Shown here piece after piece: positions 17,505 to 27,577 of a stretch of 64,000 bases of DNA. The position numbers were made by a program, and so were the translations under genes. Every line of letters starts with the position of its first letter. Position 1 is the first letter of the stretch. The DNA comes from a virus, in IMG/VR virus record IMGVR_UViG_3300036766_000678, positions 96,001-160,000 of that record, one strand, 5' to 3'. The notes below the pieces were generated by a model, which saw only the letters and a list, made by a program, of their open reading frames with translations, made no database searches and was not told where the DNA came from.

Positions 17505-20218
17505 TTACGGAAGTGTAATACGAACAATTCCCTTTGCATATCGAACAAGAAACCCAATATCTTCCCAAATCTTCCTGTTACTTAAACCTTTTATCAAGGC
17601 GAGTAATTATTTCTAATTACTTCTTCATATTTCTATGAAGTTCGGACTATAACTTCATCCTTTCGGAGTCAGGCGTTTAGTCTCTACGGATTCTGAAAAC
17701 TTCTTCAGTCTTTCCTCGGTATTGTCTTCAACATTACTTGGTAAGAGTTCCACCGATACGGCCTAATTTTACTTCACCATTTGGAGGTACAATTTCTTGC
17801 ACACTTGTTTTATTTTAGCGAAGACATCTGCCATCTTATTAACCATTATGTTACGACTCTCTTTGCAAAGAAAGCGGTTAATCATTTCTGATTAACTCTT
17901 CATATTTCTATGAAGTTCGGATCATGTCATTATCTTTCGATATTCTGTGTATGATCTCTACACATTTCCTTATTTCTAAGGGTTAGCTCGAAGTTGCCTT
18001 TTGCCTTTCGGCAGTCAGGTTTTCTTCGAATTAGCAGAATTTTAGAAGGACATTAAAAATATTAGAAACTATTTTTAGAAGTTTATCCTTCATCGTTTCA
18101 ACTAAGAGGTCAGTACGAACAGCCAACACGCCAAGATAATCAGCGGGAGCGAGAACGTAACACTCTGAAGAAGGAACAACGACGGACTCTAGAACGTCAA
18201 CACCCATAATTCCACCTACGCGACCAGCTTTGAGGGCCATGTCCTGGAAATTAGGAGCGAAGATTCCTGCCCCGCCTGTACCAGAAGTAGTCGTATTGAA
18301 TAGAATTAGATCCTTACGTGTGAATGGATTGATCCATAGTTTGGAAGGAACCAAAAGCTTTGAGCTTAGAGTAACAATACCAGTTGCTAGGGCTTCCATC
18401 GTAAGTTTTGTTCCACCTGCGGAAAATACCGTAGGGTTGTTTGTTGCAGCACTCGTACCTGCGAGTGAAGCTACTGGGGTCTGATTCGTTAAGCCGGAGG
18501 CGAACAGAATCAACTGATAACCACGAGTATCTTCCTGTAGCATGATTGAGGCTTTTGCACGTTCTTGCTGTCTATTACTTTATGACCTACTGAGGTAGGC
18601 GGATAATTATTTCTAATTATCTCTCATTATTACTAATGAGGATGGACTATGACTTCACCCTGTTTAAGGGGCTCTACGTTTAGTCTCTGAGGATTTTGAA
18701 GATAATTAATAATTTTATTTTTAAGTTTCAAGACATCTTTTAACTCATAACTCCAAATAACAAGACATTCATGCCCGACTTCTTTGTATTGTTGAATTAC
18801 TTTAACTTCTTCATCTTTAGAATGAAAATGTTCTCCAAATAACTCAATCAATTTATTAGAATTTTTTACAACAAAGTCAGGATATTTTACATGCCCATCA
18901 TTTAAAATTACTTGAAAAGTAGCATCTCCAGTATATTCAATTTCAGAAAAACCTAAATTAAGAATCTGTTTCTCAGCATAGTTTGGTCTTTCACAACCAT
19001 TAGAAAGACATTCATGAGCAATCTCTCTAACCTTCATTACGTTATCTACTCCATATTTATTAAAAACACCATCTCTAGTTTTTAATTGAATTTCTGGAAC
19101 AGACAAAGTAGATTCAACACCATACTTATTTAAATTAGATTCTTTTCTATTTTCTACTGCTTTATCTTGGAAATCTGAAATCATCTCTTTCCAAGAATTT
19201 TGGTATTCTTCTGAATTATATTTACTATCTGGATCTTGCCATTTTTCTGAAACTTTAACACGTCGTTTGTCTTGAAATTCTTTAACTTGACTGGGATTAG
19301 AAACACCATACTTTTCCATACAAGTCTTTTTAGCTGAACTTATTCTCTTAACATTAAGAGAAGAATCTTCTAAAATAGCAAGTGGAAATTTCTGCCTATA
19401 GATATCAAAAGCCATACCATGTGTAAGCAAATGTGTTTTAGTAATCTTTAAAAAAGAATTCTGGCAAACTTCGCAATTAATCATTTTCAACCTTTCCTGC
19501 AAATTGTCCTCTTATTAATTATATCATAAAAGGATGTCCTTGCATATGGTAGAGTTTTACTAAATCTCTTTCGAGATTAGGAACCCATTGTGTTAAGTTC
19601 TGTTAAGAACATCATATTTCCTAAAATTACTTTCATTCCATCTAATCATAGGTCGAGTCGAAATAGGCGACGTTTCAACACGAATACGATCAGCTAGAAC
19701 TTCGAGCTGTTGGGGAAGTCCTTCTACACTAATAGATGCAGCAGGAACATCGAGATCAGCATCGAAAACAGCTTCCTCACCCAATGCCAACTTGTAGGTT
19801 TGGAATAGCTGACGAATACGGCCTTCATACAGAAGGTCTCGCTTTAGGGGCGATAACCATTATGTTAACTATATATTTCTATATAGATCGGACTATATCT
19901 TCATCCTATTTTATTAGGAGATCAACGTGTAGTCTCTACGGATTCTTGAAAACATCTTCAAGTCTTTCCTCGGTATTGTCTTGATAACGAACGTGCAAGT
20001 TCACCATCAGGTTTCCACCGATATAGTTGATTTTTTCCCATTCTCATTACTGAGAAGACAGACGTTTATGGTTGTGTATGGATAGGAGATTCTTTCAAAA
20101 TCTGTTGGGCGATCTTTTGAAGACCCCCAGGCGAATTCATCAGCCGAGTTAGTTTTTCTTCAACTTGGGCACTTGAAAGTACCTCGGATGAAGCTGTAAC
20201 ATTCAGCTTGTCATTCAT
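17505..20218 (-). CDS. major capsid protein split by four group I introns; exons 20218-20100, 19857-19596, 18567-18085, 17843-17817, 17570-17505 (318 aa)
   Basis: AAGGAG SD; joined exons total 957 nt in one frame; junctions read KIAQQ-M-LSPLKR, VLNRT-QERAK, ETMKD-VNKMADVFA-IWEDIG; position after the protease and decoration genes. Confidence 0.88.
17571..17816 (-). mobile_element. group I intron 4 of the capsid gene (246 nt, ORF-less)
   Basis: GACAATACCGAGG, GTAGAGACTAAACG (P7), GAAGTTATAGTCC; follows U, ends in G; P1 pairing weaker than in the others. Confidence 0.88.
17844..18084 (-). mobile_element. group I intron 3 of the capsid gene (241 nt, ORF-less)
   Basis: TGCTAATTCGAAG...CAACTTCGAGC, GTAGAGATCATAC / GACATGATCC (variant P7); follows U, ends AACATAATG. 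Confidence 0.82.
18568..19595 (-). mobile_element. group I intron 2 of the capsid gene (1028 nt) carrying an endonuclease ORF
   Basis: P1 GAACU/GGUUC with U-G at the splice site; P3 CTCTAC/GTAGAG; CAGAGACTAAACG and GAAGTCATAGTCC; ends GACAG. Confidence 0.9.
18633..19502 (-). CDS. intron-encoded PD-(D/E)xK/EDxHD-like homing endonuclease with KYGV repeats
   Basis: YPDFVV....LIELFGEHFH...KEVGHECLVIWSYE; three KYGV repeats. Confidence 0.75.
   Translation of the reverse strand: MQERLKMINCEVCQNSFLKITKTHLLTHGMAFDIYRQKFPLAILEDSSLNVKRISSAKKTCMEKYGVSNPSQVKEFQDKRRVKVSEKWQDPDSKYNSEEYQNSWKEMISDFQDKAVENRKESNLNKYGVESTLSVPEIQLKTRDGVFNKYGVDNVMKVREIAHECLSNGCERPNYAEKQILNLGFSEIEYTGDATFQVILNDGHVKYPDFVVKNSNKLIELFGEHFHSKDEEVKVIQQYKEVGHECLVIWSYELKDVLKLKNKIINYLQNPQRLNVEPLKQGEVIVHPH
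19858..20099 (-). mobile_element. group I intron 1 of the capsid gene (242 nt, ORF-less)
   Basis: P1 ACAGAU/GUCUGU with U-G; GACAATACCGAGG, GTAGAGACTACACG, GAAGATATAGTCC; ends AACATAATG. Confidence 0.9.
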
Positions 20219-20286
20219 ATAAATCTCCTTTAAATTACAAGTCAGCCTCACGGCCAATCTTGTTTACAACTAAACTCTAATTAAAA

Positions 20287-20757
20287 TTAGAGAATTGACT
20301 TAATTTCCAACTGGGTAGGATTGGTAGCAGTATCGTAACCAACAACATATCCAACAATAACGCCCGTTGTGGTAGCAGATGTGATAATACCATCTGTTGC
20401 ACTAGACGTGTATACTGGAGCATTAACTGCATACGTTGTGGCTGCGTAAGGTGATCCACGACCATCATCAAACAGGACGAAATCTCCACCGTTTAAATAA
20501 ACGGATTCGAGACCTCCCCTATTAAAATTCGTGTAATCAAAACCTTGACCAGCTACTTCACCATTTGAGGGTTGGAGTGGGAAAAATACATTTGATTCAA
20601 TTGCAAGACCATAGGGCTTACCAGTTGTATTGGTTTTGACCCAAGGCTGAACTGTTCCATCTGCATTAATCTGTAATGCCATTCCACCAACAATATTCCC
20701 AGAGAGAATTTTGGCACCGCCGCTGCGGTTAACTTCCTTAATCTGACGTATTGCCAT
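20287..20757 (-). CDS. putative capsid decoration/stabilising protein (156 aa)
   Basis: AGGAG SD before MAIRQIK at 20757; small beta-rich protein directly upstream of the capsid gene. Confidence 0.6.
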   Translation of the reverse strand: MAIRQIKEVNRSGGAKILSGNIVGGMALQINADGTVQPWVKTNTTGKPYGLAIESNVFFPLQPSNGEVAGQGFDYTNFNRGGLESVYLNGGDFVLFDDGRGSPYAATTYAVNAPVYTSSATDGIITSATTTGVIVGYVVGYDTATNPTQLEIKSIL

Positions 20758-20960
20758 AATAGACTCCTTGTTTTTTATTTTGTGTTTTGTAACAGGCGAG
20801 TCTAGTCTTTTCTTAGTTGAGGGGTACTTATTTAAAGGCCACACAACATGTGTGGAAAATTGTTTATCTTTTATACTTTTAAACGAGGCTAAACATGAAA
20901 CGAATAAGATGTTATAAATTTTCCAATATAACAAATTTTGAACCTAGGTTTTATTCAAAT

Positions 20961-21527
20961 CTATTTTAATCCTGCTTCTTCTAACAACTTACCATACCAT
21001 TCTGACACTTCAAGTAAATTGCATTTATTATGCTTTCGGGCATTCTGGGTTTGTGTAAGACATTGTAAATTCCAAGAAACATGTAATCCAGATACTTTTT
21101 TACCTTGCAATGGAATATAATGATCCCCAACCATATCATCTGGTTTATTTTTATAAAATTCAATTATATTATCCCAGTCTGTCCAAGCTACCTCTCTAAG
21201 ATTTCTATTTGTCTGATTTTTGATATTGTATGCTAAACATTTTTCTCGATTATTTATAAAATATTGCCTATCAATTTCGGCCTTTTGTTCTCTATGATTA
21301 TCCCACCATTCTTTTTGTTTGAGTGCTAAAATAGGGCCATTTTCAGTACGATAATCTTTCATTTTAGCCAAAAGAATATCTCTATGTTCTTGAAAATATT
21401 CTTTATAATAATTAGAGTTTTCTAAACTCCATTGCCTTTTACAATCATTACAAGCATTTCTGGAATCTCTTCCATAAATATTTGTGTCATGACCATGTTT
21501 ACAAAATTGAGATTTAGGTCTAGCCAT
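20961..21527 (-). CDS. HNH endonuclease with one FCxxGHD repeat
   Basis: FCKHGHD; GDHYIPLQGKKVSGLHVSWNLQCLT. Confidence 0.8.
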   Translation of the reverse strand: MARPKSQFCKHGHDTNIYGRDSRNACNDCKRQWSLENSNYYKEYFQEHRDILLAKMKDYRTENGPILALKQKEWWDNHREQKAEIDRQYFINNREKCLAYNIKNQTNRNLREVAWTDWDNIIEFYKNKPDDMVGDHYIPLQGKKVSGLHVSWNLQCLTQTQNARKHNKCNLLEVSEWYGKLLEEAGLK

Positions 21528-21529
21528 GT

Positions 21530-24500
21530 TTATTTTTTAGGTACATCATTAATTGTCTTATGTTTTAATGTGCCCATACTTCTAAAAATATTTCCAACTT
21601 CGTCATGATCACTAGGATCATAAGTCAAATAAGGGACACGAGTGGCTTTCTTCTCATTAACTGTAGAAGAGGGCATTGGAAGTTCTTCAATAGCTTTTTC
21701 CATGGCCTTTAACGCCATATCATCGAAGGCAAGTAATTCTTTATGCTTGGCCTTAATTGCATGAGTCATAGCTTTATGACGAGCATCTAATAGATAAGTA
21801 CCAGATTTAAGTTCACTATCTAGTACATCTGGGCTCAATTGAAGAACATTTTTGTCAACCATATTAGCAACAATTTTCTGGCATCGTTCAGAACGTGCAG
21901 AAAGAATAGCAGCAAATTTCTTTGCTTTCTCTTCCTCTTGAGCCTTAACTTCAATAGCTTTTAGTTCGGCCTCTTTCTTAGAAATAGCTTCCTCACGAGT
22001 TTTAAGAGCAGATTCTTTCATACCCATTTCATCTTCATGAGCTTCTTCAAGTGCGGGATGCTCTTCAACTTTAGGAGCCTCTTCCATCTTAGGAGCTTCT
22101 GGCATAGCGGGAGCCATCTCAGGCTTTTTTTCCTCAACTGGAGGAAGACCAAGAACAGCTTTCATAAGCTTAAGCACTTCACCAACTTCTTTACCAAAAC
22201 CATCTGGCAATCTTTTAACTTCCTTGCCATCTTTCTCAATAATAACTTCTTTAGATTCTTTGTCCTTATGAGCAGAGTATCCTTCACCAATATCAAGTTT
22301 ATCTGCTTTATCAAATGCAGAAACTTCTTCTTTAGGAGTATCACCAGGGAGAGCTAAATTCTCAGTTTCGTGCTCAGGAACTCCAGCAGGTTTCTCTTCA
22401 ACCTTAACATCATCAACTAAAGGATCTGCGTGTTCAGGTGTAGGAGGCATTTCAGTTGCAGCAGATTTATTAACAGCCACATCTGGCTCTTTTGTAAGAT
22501 TAGGAGTAGTATGTTCTGTTTTACCTTTAACAGCTTCATCAGGCTTGCTAGAGGGATTAGAAGAAGGTTCCTTTTTATCCTTTACTGCTTGATCTGGTTC
22601 CTTAGTTAAATTAGGTGTCTTATTTACTTTATCCCCATCAACACTTGTTTCAGGAGTAGCAGATTTGCCTTCTTCTGGTAAAGTTGTACCCTTAACAGAT
22701 TCATCTGGTTTTGCATCAAATTTTTTCGTACCTTCTGGTAAAGTAGATCCATCAACTGCTTCTGTTGGTTTATCAGCTGCTTTCTTTTCCATAATAGTCT
22801 CCTGAGATGATTTCTTTGGAACATCCATACCCTTTTCTCTAGCTTCAGAATAGGCTGCTGCTACCGCTTGGGCTCGTTCCATTCCATCTTCTTTAATATG
22901 TTTTTCTACATGCTTCTTAATAAATTCTTGTGCTTCGGGTGTCATTGAAGACCACTTAATTTGTGCATTAGCTTCTTTATAATTAACAGAGGCTTTCTTT
23001 TCATCAACTAATTTGCAAGGTTTACCATTCATACTATGTCGTCCATATTCCAGCATCTCACCACATTCGGGACATTTTGTTGCTGCTTCTTTTTTAGAAC
23101 CCTTCTCTTCAGCTTCCATTTCCTCAGTTCCCTTAGCTACATAAGAAGTTTCAACCTCTTTCTCTGATTTCTCCAGTTTCTTCTCTTCTGGATTCTTAGG
23201 AGTAGTGGTAACTTCTTTACCTTCAGCTTCAGGCTTAGGTTCTGAATAATCTGTTTTTACTTCTTTTGCTTTAGGGGCGGCAGGTCCTGTTTGACCCTTT
23301 TCCTGCCCTGGCATTTTAAATTGTGGATCAGTCTTAGCATCTGTACCTGCTGGTGCTGCTGGACCTTTTTGAGCTTGTTCCTGTCCTGGTTTTGTTACTG
23401 GGGAATTTTTAACATTGTGTTCTTTATTATTTGTGCCAGTAGAAGGTTTTGCATAACTACCATCAGGTCCTAGTTCTGGACCTTTTGCGGTTTTATTTAA
23501 TTTATGTGTTACATCCCATAAATCAGCCAATTTCTCAATTCCTTCTTTAGTATAACGAGCAACAACCTCTTTACCATATGCTTCACTGGTTGCCCATTTC
23601 TGATCATCAAAAGAAAGTGTTTCAAATGTACTACCCCAAATATCTTTAAGAGAAGCATCTAATAGGCACTTAGCATCTTCATACACTGACCAAGTAGAAG
23701 CAAGTACATTATTTTTATCTTCATTAAATTTGGCTGAGATGGAAGATTTCTTATCTTTTTTCTTCCCATAATCACATGTTACACACGTAACTTCATCCCC
23801 CACTTTACGGGCAGCAACACTATCACAGTTTGGACATTTGACAAATTCTGTTTTAGCTGTTTCTTTTCCCAATTCCTCTTTAGCCACTGCTTCAACTTTC
23901 TTTTCCAATAATTGAGCAGCAAAGCTATCTTTTACTTTAGCCACAATTCTAGATAGAAATGTTTCTTCTTTCTTAGTGGCATCAGCAACCACTTCTTTAT
24001 TAACTACTTCGTTAGCTTTCTTGGTTTTATGCTGAATATAGCTCTCAAGTTGCTCCATTTCTAGGGCGGAAATTTTTGATAAAATCTTTTTTTGATCTTC
24101 GGATACAATATTCTTATCTGACATGGATGACTCCTTGGATGATTCTTGTGCTTCTTTATCAGTAGTTGGGCAAATTCCGCAGAACTCAGCCTTCAAATTT
24201 TTTGCTGTCTCTGAATCTACTTTAGTTAAAAGACCTTCAAATTGTTTTACAAAATCTTGTTGCTCATCTTTAGAAAGAGCGGCGGTTTTCGAAAGTCTGC
24301 TTCTCATATTGCTTAAAATTGTTTTCACAATCGCTTTAGGGTCTGCGGGAATTCCAACCAAAGACAATTCATTGAATGCAATCCCACTATTTAAAGACAT
24401 GGCTTTAACTTTTTGACCTTTAGAAATGTTATACTTAAGATTATCAACTTCAGCATCAAACTCATGTCCCAAAGAAAATGCTTCAAGATGTTTACAACGT

Positions 24501-26236
24501 GGATCAGCATCTGAATGAAGAACCAAACCACACACGCTACACGCACTTTCATCAACGGAACAATTGTGAACAGCAACACCATTAACAAGATAAGAATTTT
24601 TCTCTTTAACACTAAAATTATAGACAAGTAATTTTTGATCTTCTACTTCAATACCACTAATTGGGATCATTAAATAATTATTTACTAAAAGTTTCTGTTG
24701 TTTATTACCACCTACAGGCAAACCAGTAGGAATCTTATCACAATATTTTGCCATTTCATGTAATGATTCCCCTGAAATACAAATTCTATATGTTCTAGAG
24801 GCAGCAATTGTTTTAGTGCCACTTTTAAAATTAGCTATTTTTTCTTTATAATGCTTTTCTTCTAATGCAAAAAGAAGAGAAGCACGACAAAATAACCATG
24901 CCATCTGATAAATAAAAGCTTGGGAAGCAGTTTCCAAATAGGCACGTCTAATATGGGGATGAGCATCTTTTCTATTTATCTCTTCATAATCGCTATAGCA
25001 GCCATCCCCGCAAAGAAATGCTCCTAGAAGTTCTTTTTGGAATTCAATATTCCATAAAAGAACAGAGGGATCAAGCTTTTTAGTTTTAGCTTTTTCTCCA
25101 CCTAATTGCATTAATTTTTCTGCCAGTTCTTTATCATATATAAAAATACGGCAAGCATTTAATTTTGGATATTTCTTTATAGTTACTTTCTTTTTAGTAA
25201 TAGAGCTAATAAGGGTTTTAATCTCTTTAGCATATTTGGCTTCTTTTATATGCAAAGTAAACATTGCTCCACCAACTAAATTGCAACGACAAATCTTATT
25301 TACTTTTCTACATGGGTAACATTTATAATAAATAATATTGCCCTCTGCAAGATACCAACCTAAAAGACGTGCAAACTCTTTAGTTATATTATCGGGGGTT
25401 TTTTCTTCTTTAGAAAAGGGAAAAGATACATAATCCCCTGGACGAAGATTCTCAGCAGATATCCACTCAAAATATTTAGCATTACTGGCTATTTTTTCTA
25501 GGGATTGCCCAGTAATACTATGCCCTGCCTCAACTAAAGAGACAGAATTTAAAATATTAATTATGTTCTCTTTTTTTATGCTCCAAAAAGGATGTTCATT
25601 TGTGGCAGTAATAGGAAGTTTTGTAAATCCTAAAAGTTTTAAAGTATACATTAACCCGTCATAAGGTCTAATCATTGTTTCAATTACTTCATCAGAAAGA
25701 CCTAAATGATTTAAAACTTTATCCCCTACTTTGATATCTTCGATATTTTTAAAGGTATGATCGGATAGTAAAATTTGGGTCCCTTCTTTAAAACAACCCA
25801 TACTCACCGTGTTCAAAATACCAGTTTGAACTTGCCTCGCTAGTTCAGGAAATAAATATTTATCGAGCTTCGCTAATACTTCAATATATTTCTCACCAGT
25901 CTCTGGATCTTCAACAGGATATGAGTCGATGAGTCTGCCCACGGCTTTCAAAACCGAATCAGCCGAATGGTCTATGTACAATCCCTTTCCTTGAAAAGAA
26001 GCATAACTTTTTAAAAGATCATCCCAACCAAACGCATCCCAATTGCCGTTAGCTCCATTTGTTTCATAACTTGAAATTGCACGAGCCCTCAGATACAAAA
26101 ACTGTTCGTTTTTAGGTTCAATGATATGTGAAGATCCTGGAACCTTTTCTTCCATAGGACGATCAATCAATAATTCTTCCACTGCTGCGGCAGTTTTTAA
26201 AATCTTCCATGAAGAACCAATTTTTTGTAATGACAT
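21530..26236 (-). CDS. prohead protease-scaffold fusion with an intein
   Basis: LYIDH...VGR.ID and VSMG|C protease-type motifs; Zn-finger CSVCG; long acidic/coiled-coil C-terminus; lies between portal and capsid genes. Confidence 0.82.
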   Translation of the reverse strand: MSLQKIGSSWKILKTAAAVEELLIDRPMEEKVPGSSHIIEPKNEQFLYLRARAISSYETNGANGNWDAFGWDDLLKSYASFQGKGLYIDHSADSVLKAVGRLIDSYPVEDPETGEKYIEVLAKLDKYLFPELARQVQTGILNTVSMGCFKEGTQILLSDHTFKNIEDIKVGDKVLNHLGLSDEVIETMIRPYDGLMYTLKLLGFTKLPITATNEHPFWSIKKENIINILNSVSLVEAGHSITGQSLEKIASNAKYFEWISAENLRPGDYVSFPFSKEEKTPDNITKEFARLLGWYLAEGNIIYYKCYPCRKVNKICRCNLVGGAMFTLHIKEAKYAKEIKTLISSITKKKVTIKKYPKLNACRIFIYDKELAEKLMQLGGEKAKTKKLDPSVLLWNIEFQKELLGAFLCGDGCYSDYEEINRKDAHPHIRRAYLETASQAFIYQMAWLFCRASLLFALEEKHYKEKIANFKSGTKTIAASRTYRICISGESLHEMAKYCDKIPTGLPVGGNKQQKLLVNNYLMIPISGIEVEDQKLLVYNFSVKEKNSYLVNGVAVHNCSVDESACSVCGLVLHSDADPRCKHLEAFSLGHEFDAEVDNLKYNISKGQKVKAMSLNSGIAFNELSLVGIPADPKAIVKTILSNMRSRLSKTAALSKDEQQDFVKQFEGLLTKVDSETAKNLKAEFCGICPTTDKEAQESSKESSMSDKNIVSEDQKKILSKISALEMEQLESYIQHKTKKANEVVNKEVVADATKKEETFLSRIVAKVKDSFAAQLLEKKVEAVAKEELGKETAKTEFVKCPNCDSVAARKVGDEVTCVTCDYGKKKDKKSSISAKFNEDKNNVLASTWSVYEDAKCLLDASLKDIWGSTFETLSFDDQKWATSEAYGKEVVARYTKEGIEKLADLWDVTHKLNKTAKGPELGPDGSYAKPSTGTNNKEHNVKNSPVTKPGQEQAQKGPAAPAGTDAKTDPQFKMPGQEKGQTGPAAPKAKEVKTDYSEPKPEAEGKEVTTTPKNPEEKKLEKSEKEVETSYVAKGTEEMEAEEKGSKKEAATKCPECGEMLEYGRHSMNGKPCKLVDEKKASVNYKEANAQIKWSSMTPEAQEFIKKHVEKHIKEDGMERAQAVAAAYSEAREKGMDVPKKSSQETIMEKKAADKPTEAVDGSTLPEGTKKFDAKPDESVKGTTLPEEGKSATPETSVDGDKVNKTPNLTKEPDQAVKDKKEPSSNPSSKPDEAVKGKTEHTTPNLTKEPDVAVNKSAATEMPPTPEHADPLVDDVKVEEKPAGVPEHETENLALPGDTPKEEVSAFDKADKLDIGEGYSAHKDKESKEVIIEKDGKEVKRLPDGFGKEVGEVLKLMKAVLGLPPVEEKKPEMAPAMPEAPKMEEAPKVEEHPALEEAHEDEMGMKESALKTREEAISKKEAELKAIEVKAQEEEKAKKFAAILSARSERCQKIVANMVDKNVLQLSPDVLDSELKSGTYLLDARHKAMTHAIKAKHKELLAFDDMALKAMEKAIEELPMPSSTVNEKKATRVPYLTYDPSDHDEVGNIFRSMGTLKHKTINDVPKK
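24563..25795 (-). mobile_element. LAGLIDADG intein (411 aa) in the prohead protease
   Basis: C1-FKEGTQIL, TNEHPFW, LLGWYLAEG, LLGAFLCGDG, VHN|C. Confidence 0.95.
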
Positions 26237-26238
26237 AA

Positions 26239-26889
26239 TTATTCCTCAACAATTCCCTTAAGCAAATTTCGAGCCTTATTCAAACTTGTTTCAACATTAA
26301 AATTCTTGATTTCATCCCATTCTTCATCTGTCAATTCTTTCTTAGGAGGTATTGCTTCCTCAGTAACATCGTGTAAAGAAGGCTGCTCTGGGATTTGTTC
26401 CCATTCTTTTTTAGGAACATATTGATATTTTTTCTTTGGTTCTAAAGGAACATTAACTTGTTTTGGTTTTTGAACAGGTGCTTGCCTAACTCGTTTAGGA
26501 GCAACAGGAGTCTTTGTTTTTGGTGCATATTGTGGTGTTGAAATACTTGTGTCGGTGTTTCCATATGAATCAACACGAACATCAGACAAGTTTGGGCCAG
26601 AGACAATCAATGTACAATTAATATCGCCTGGATGCGATTTTTCGAATAAGGGGGCCGAAAAATTTAAACCCCCTACAAAATCTTCTATATTCCACTTTTG
26701 ACGATTTAGATCGACGCAACGTGAGTGCCTAGACGCGCCTGAGTCCCATTCTACAATCTGATACCCCTGGGAAGCTAAATCTTCCAATACTGGTAAGGAC
26801 ATATCCTGACGAGTATTTCCTACAGCCTGTTTATTTAGCCTGTTTATTTTTTGAGCTTTTTCGGCTAGTTTTTCTTCCCAATTGGTCAT
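26239..26889 (-). CDS. hypothetical protein, possibly MuF-like head morphogenesis domain
   Basis: W....H..C..L...W...SHPGDINC pattern and position between portal and protease; weak. Confidence 0.4.
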   Translation of the reverse strand: MTNWEEKLAEKAQKINRLNKQAVGNTRQDMSLPVLEDLASQGYQIVEWDSGASRHSRCVDLNRQKWNIEDFVGGLNFSAPLFEKSHPGDINCTLIVSGPNLSDVRVDSYGNTDTSISTPQYAPKTKTPVAPKRVRQAPVQKPKQVNVPLEPKKKYQYVPKKEWEQIPEQPSLHDVTEEAIPPKKELTDEEWDEIKNFNVETSLNKARNLLKGIVEE

Positions 26890-27118
26890 ATTTTAGTTCC
26901 AAATATTCGAGATTATCACTTGTTAAAAAATTAGGGCATTTACAATCAAAATTTGGTCTTGGATTACTTAGAATTTTTATCCACAAGCAGGGCTTCTTCC
27001 CTTTTCGTGAACAGGTAGCGTGATCAAAACGTGAATGCTTGCATGTTCGGCACCTATCTCTATTTGTTTCTTCTACTATTTGCATGTACCCTGAAAAATT
27101 ATATGTTTTGCTTATCAT
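26831..27118 (-). CDS. small Cys/His protein, NLEYLE family
   Basis: CRTCKH...CKCPNFLTSDNLEYLELKY. Confidence 0.75.
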   Translation of the reverse strand: MISKTYNFSGYMQIVEETNRDRCRTCKHSRFDHATCSRKGKKPCLWIKILSNPRPNFDCKCPNFLTSDNLEYLELKYDQLGRKTSRKSSKNKQAK

Positions 27119-27311
27119 AAAGGTACTCTAAATACTTCAAGTTCTCTTTAGGTAAAAATTCTGCACATTTACAAGCTAGAGTAAAATTCTTAAAAGCCAT
27201 ATAAATACATTTACCTGGTTTTTTATCCACATCAGTATGACTTAAAAAATAATGTTCACAATTCCTGCACAATTCGAAATTAAAAATATTCTTAATTCGT
27301 CTAATTGGCAT
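27099..27311 (-). CDS. small Cys/His protein, NLEYLE family
   Basis: CRNCEH...CKCAEFLPKENLKYLEYLY. Confidence 0.75.
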   Translation of the reverse strand: MPIRRIKNIFNFELCRNCEHYFLSHTDVDKKPGKCIYMAFKNFTLACKCAEFLPKENLKYLEYLYDKQNI

Positions 27312-27577
27312 TATCTTCCAGGCTCATTGTACCCATGTTCAGCCAAAATCTTAGAAGCCATTTTAATTAAATTATAATTTTTATCTTTAACACTACGTTC
27401 AAATTGTTTAAATGCTTGTTCATTTTGAACAGCCATACGAGCACAATCTATAGAAAATCCCATAAGCTGTGTAAGCAAAGAACCCATTAATATCGGGATA
27501 TTAAGCTCTTCTTGCCCATCAGATCCTACGATTAAATATTCATCTTCTTTTTTTGGTTTCTCTTGCATAATACCCAC
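27311..27577 (-). CDS. hypothetical protein
   Basis: 88-aa ORF directly after motif copy B. Confidence 0.5.
   Translation of the reverse strand: MGIMQEKPKKEDEYLIVGSDGQEELNIPILMGSLLTQLMGFSIDCARMAVQNEQAFKQFERSVKDKNYNLIKMASKILAEHGYNEPGR

Noticed and set aside
18031-20257. Track ORFs 18031-18543, 19593-19790 and 20066-20257 as separate genes
   Set aside because: They are capsid exons plus read-through into intron sequence.
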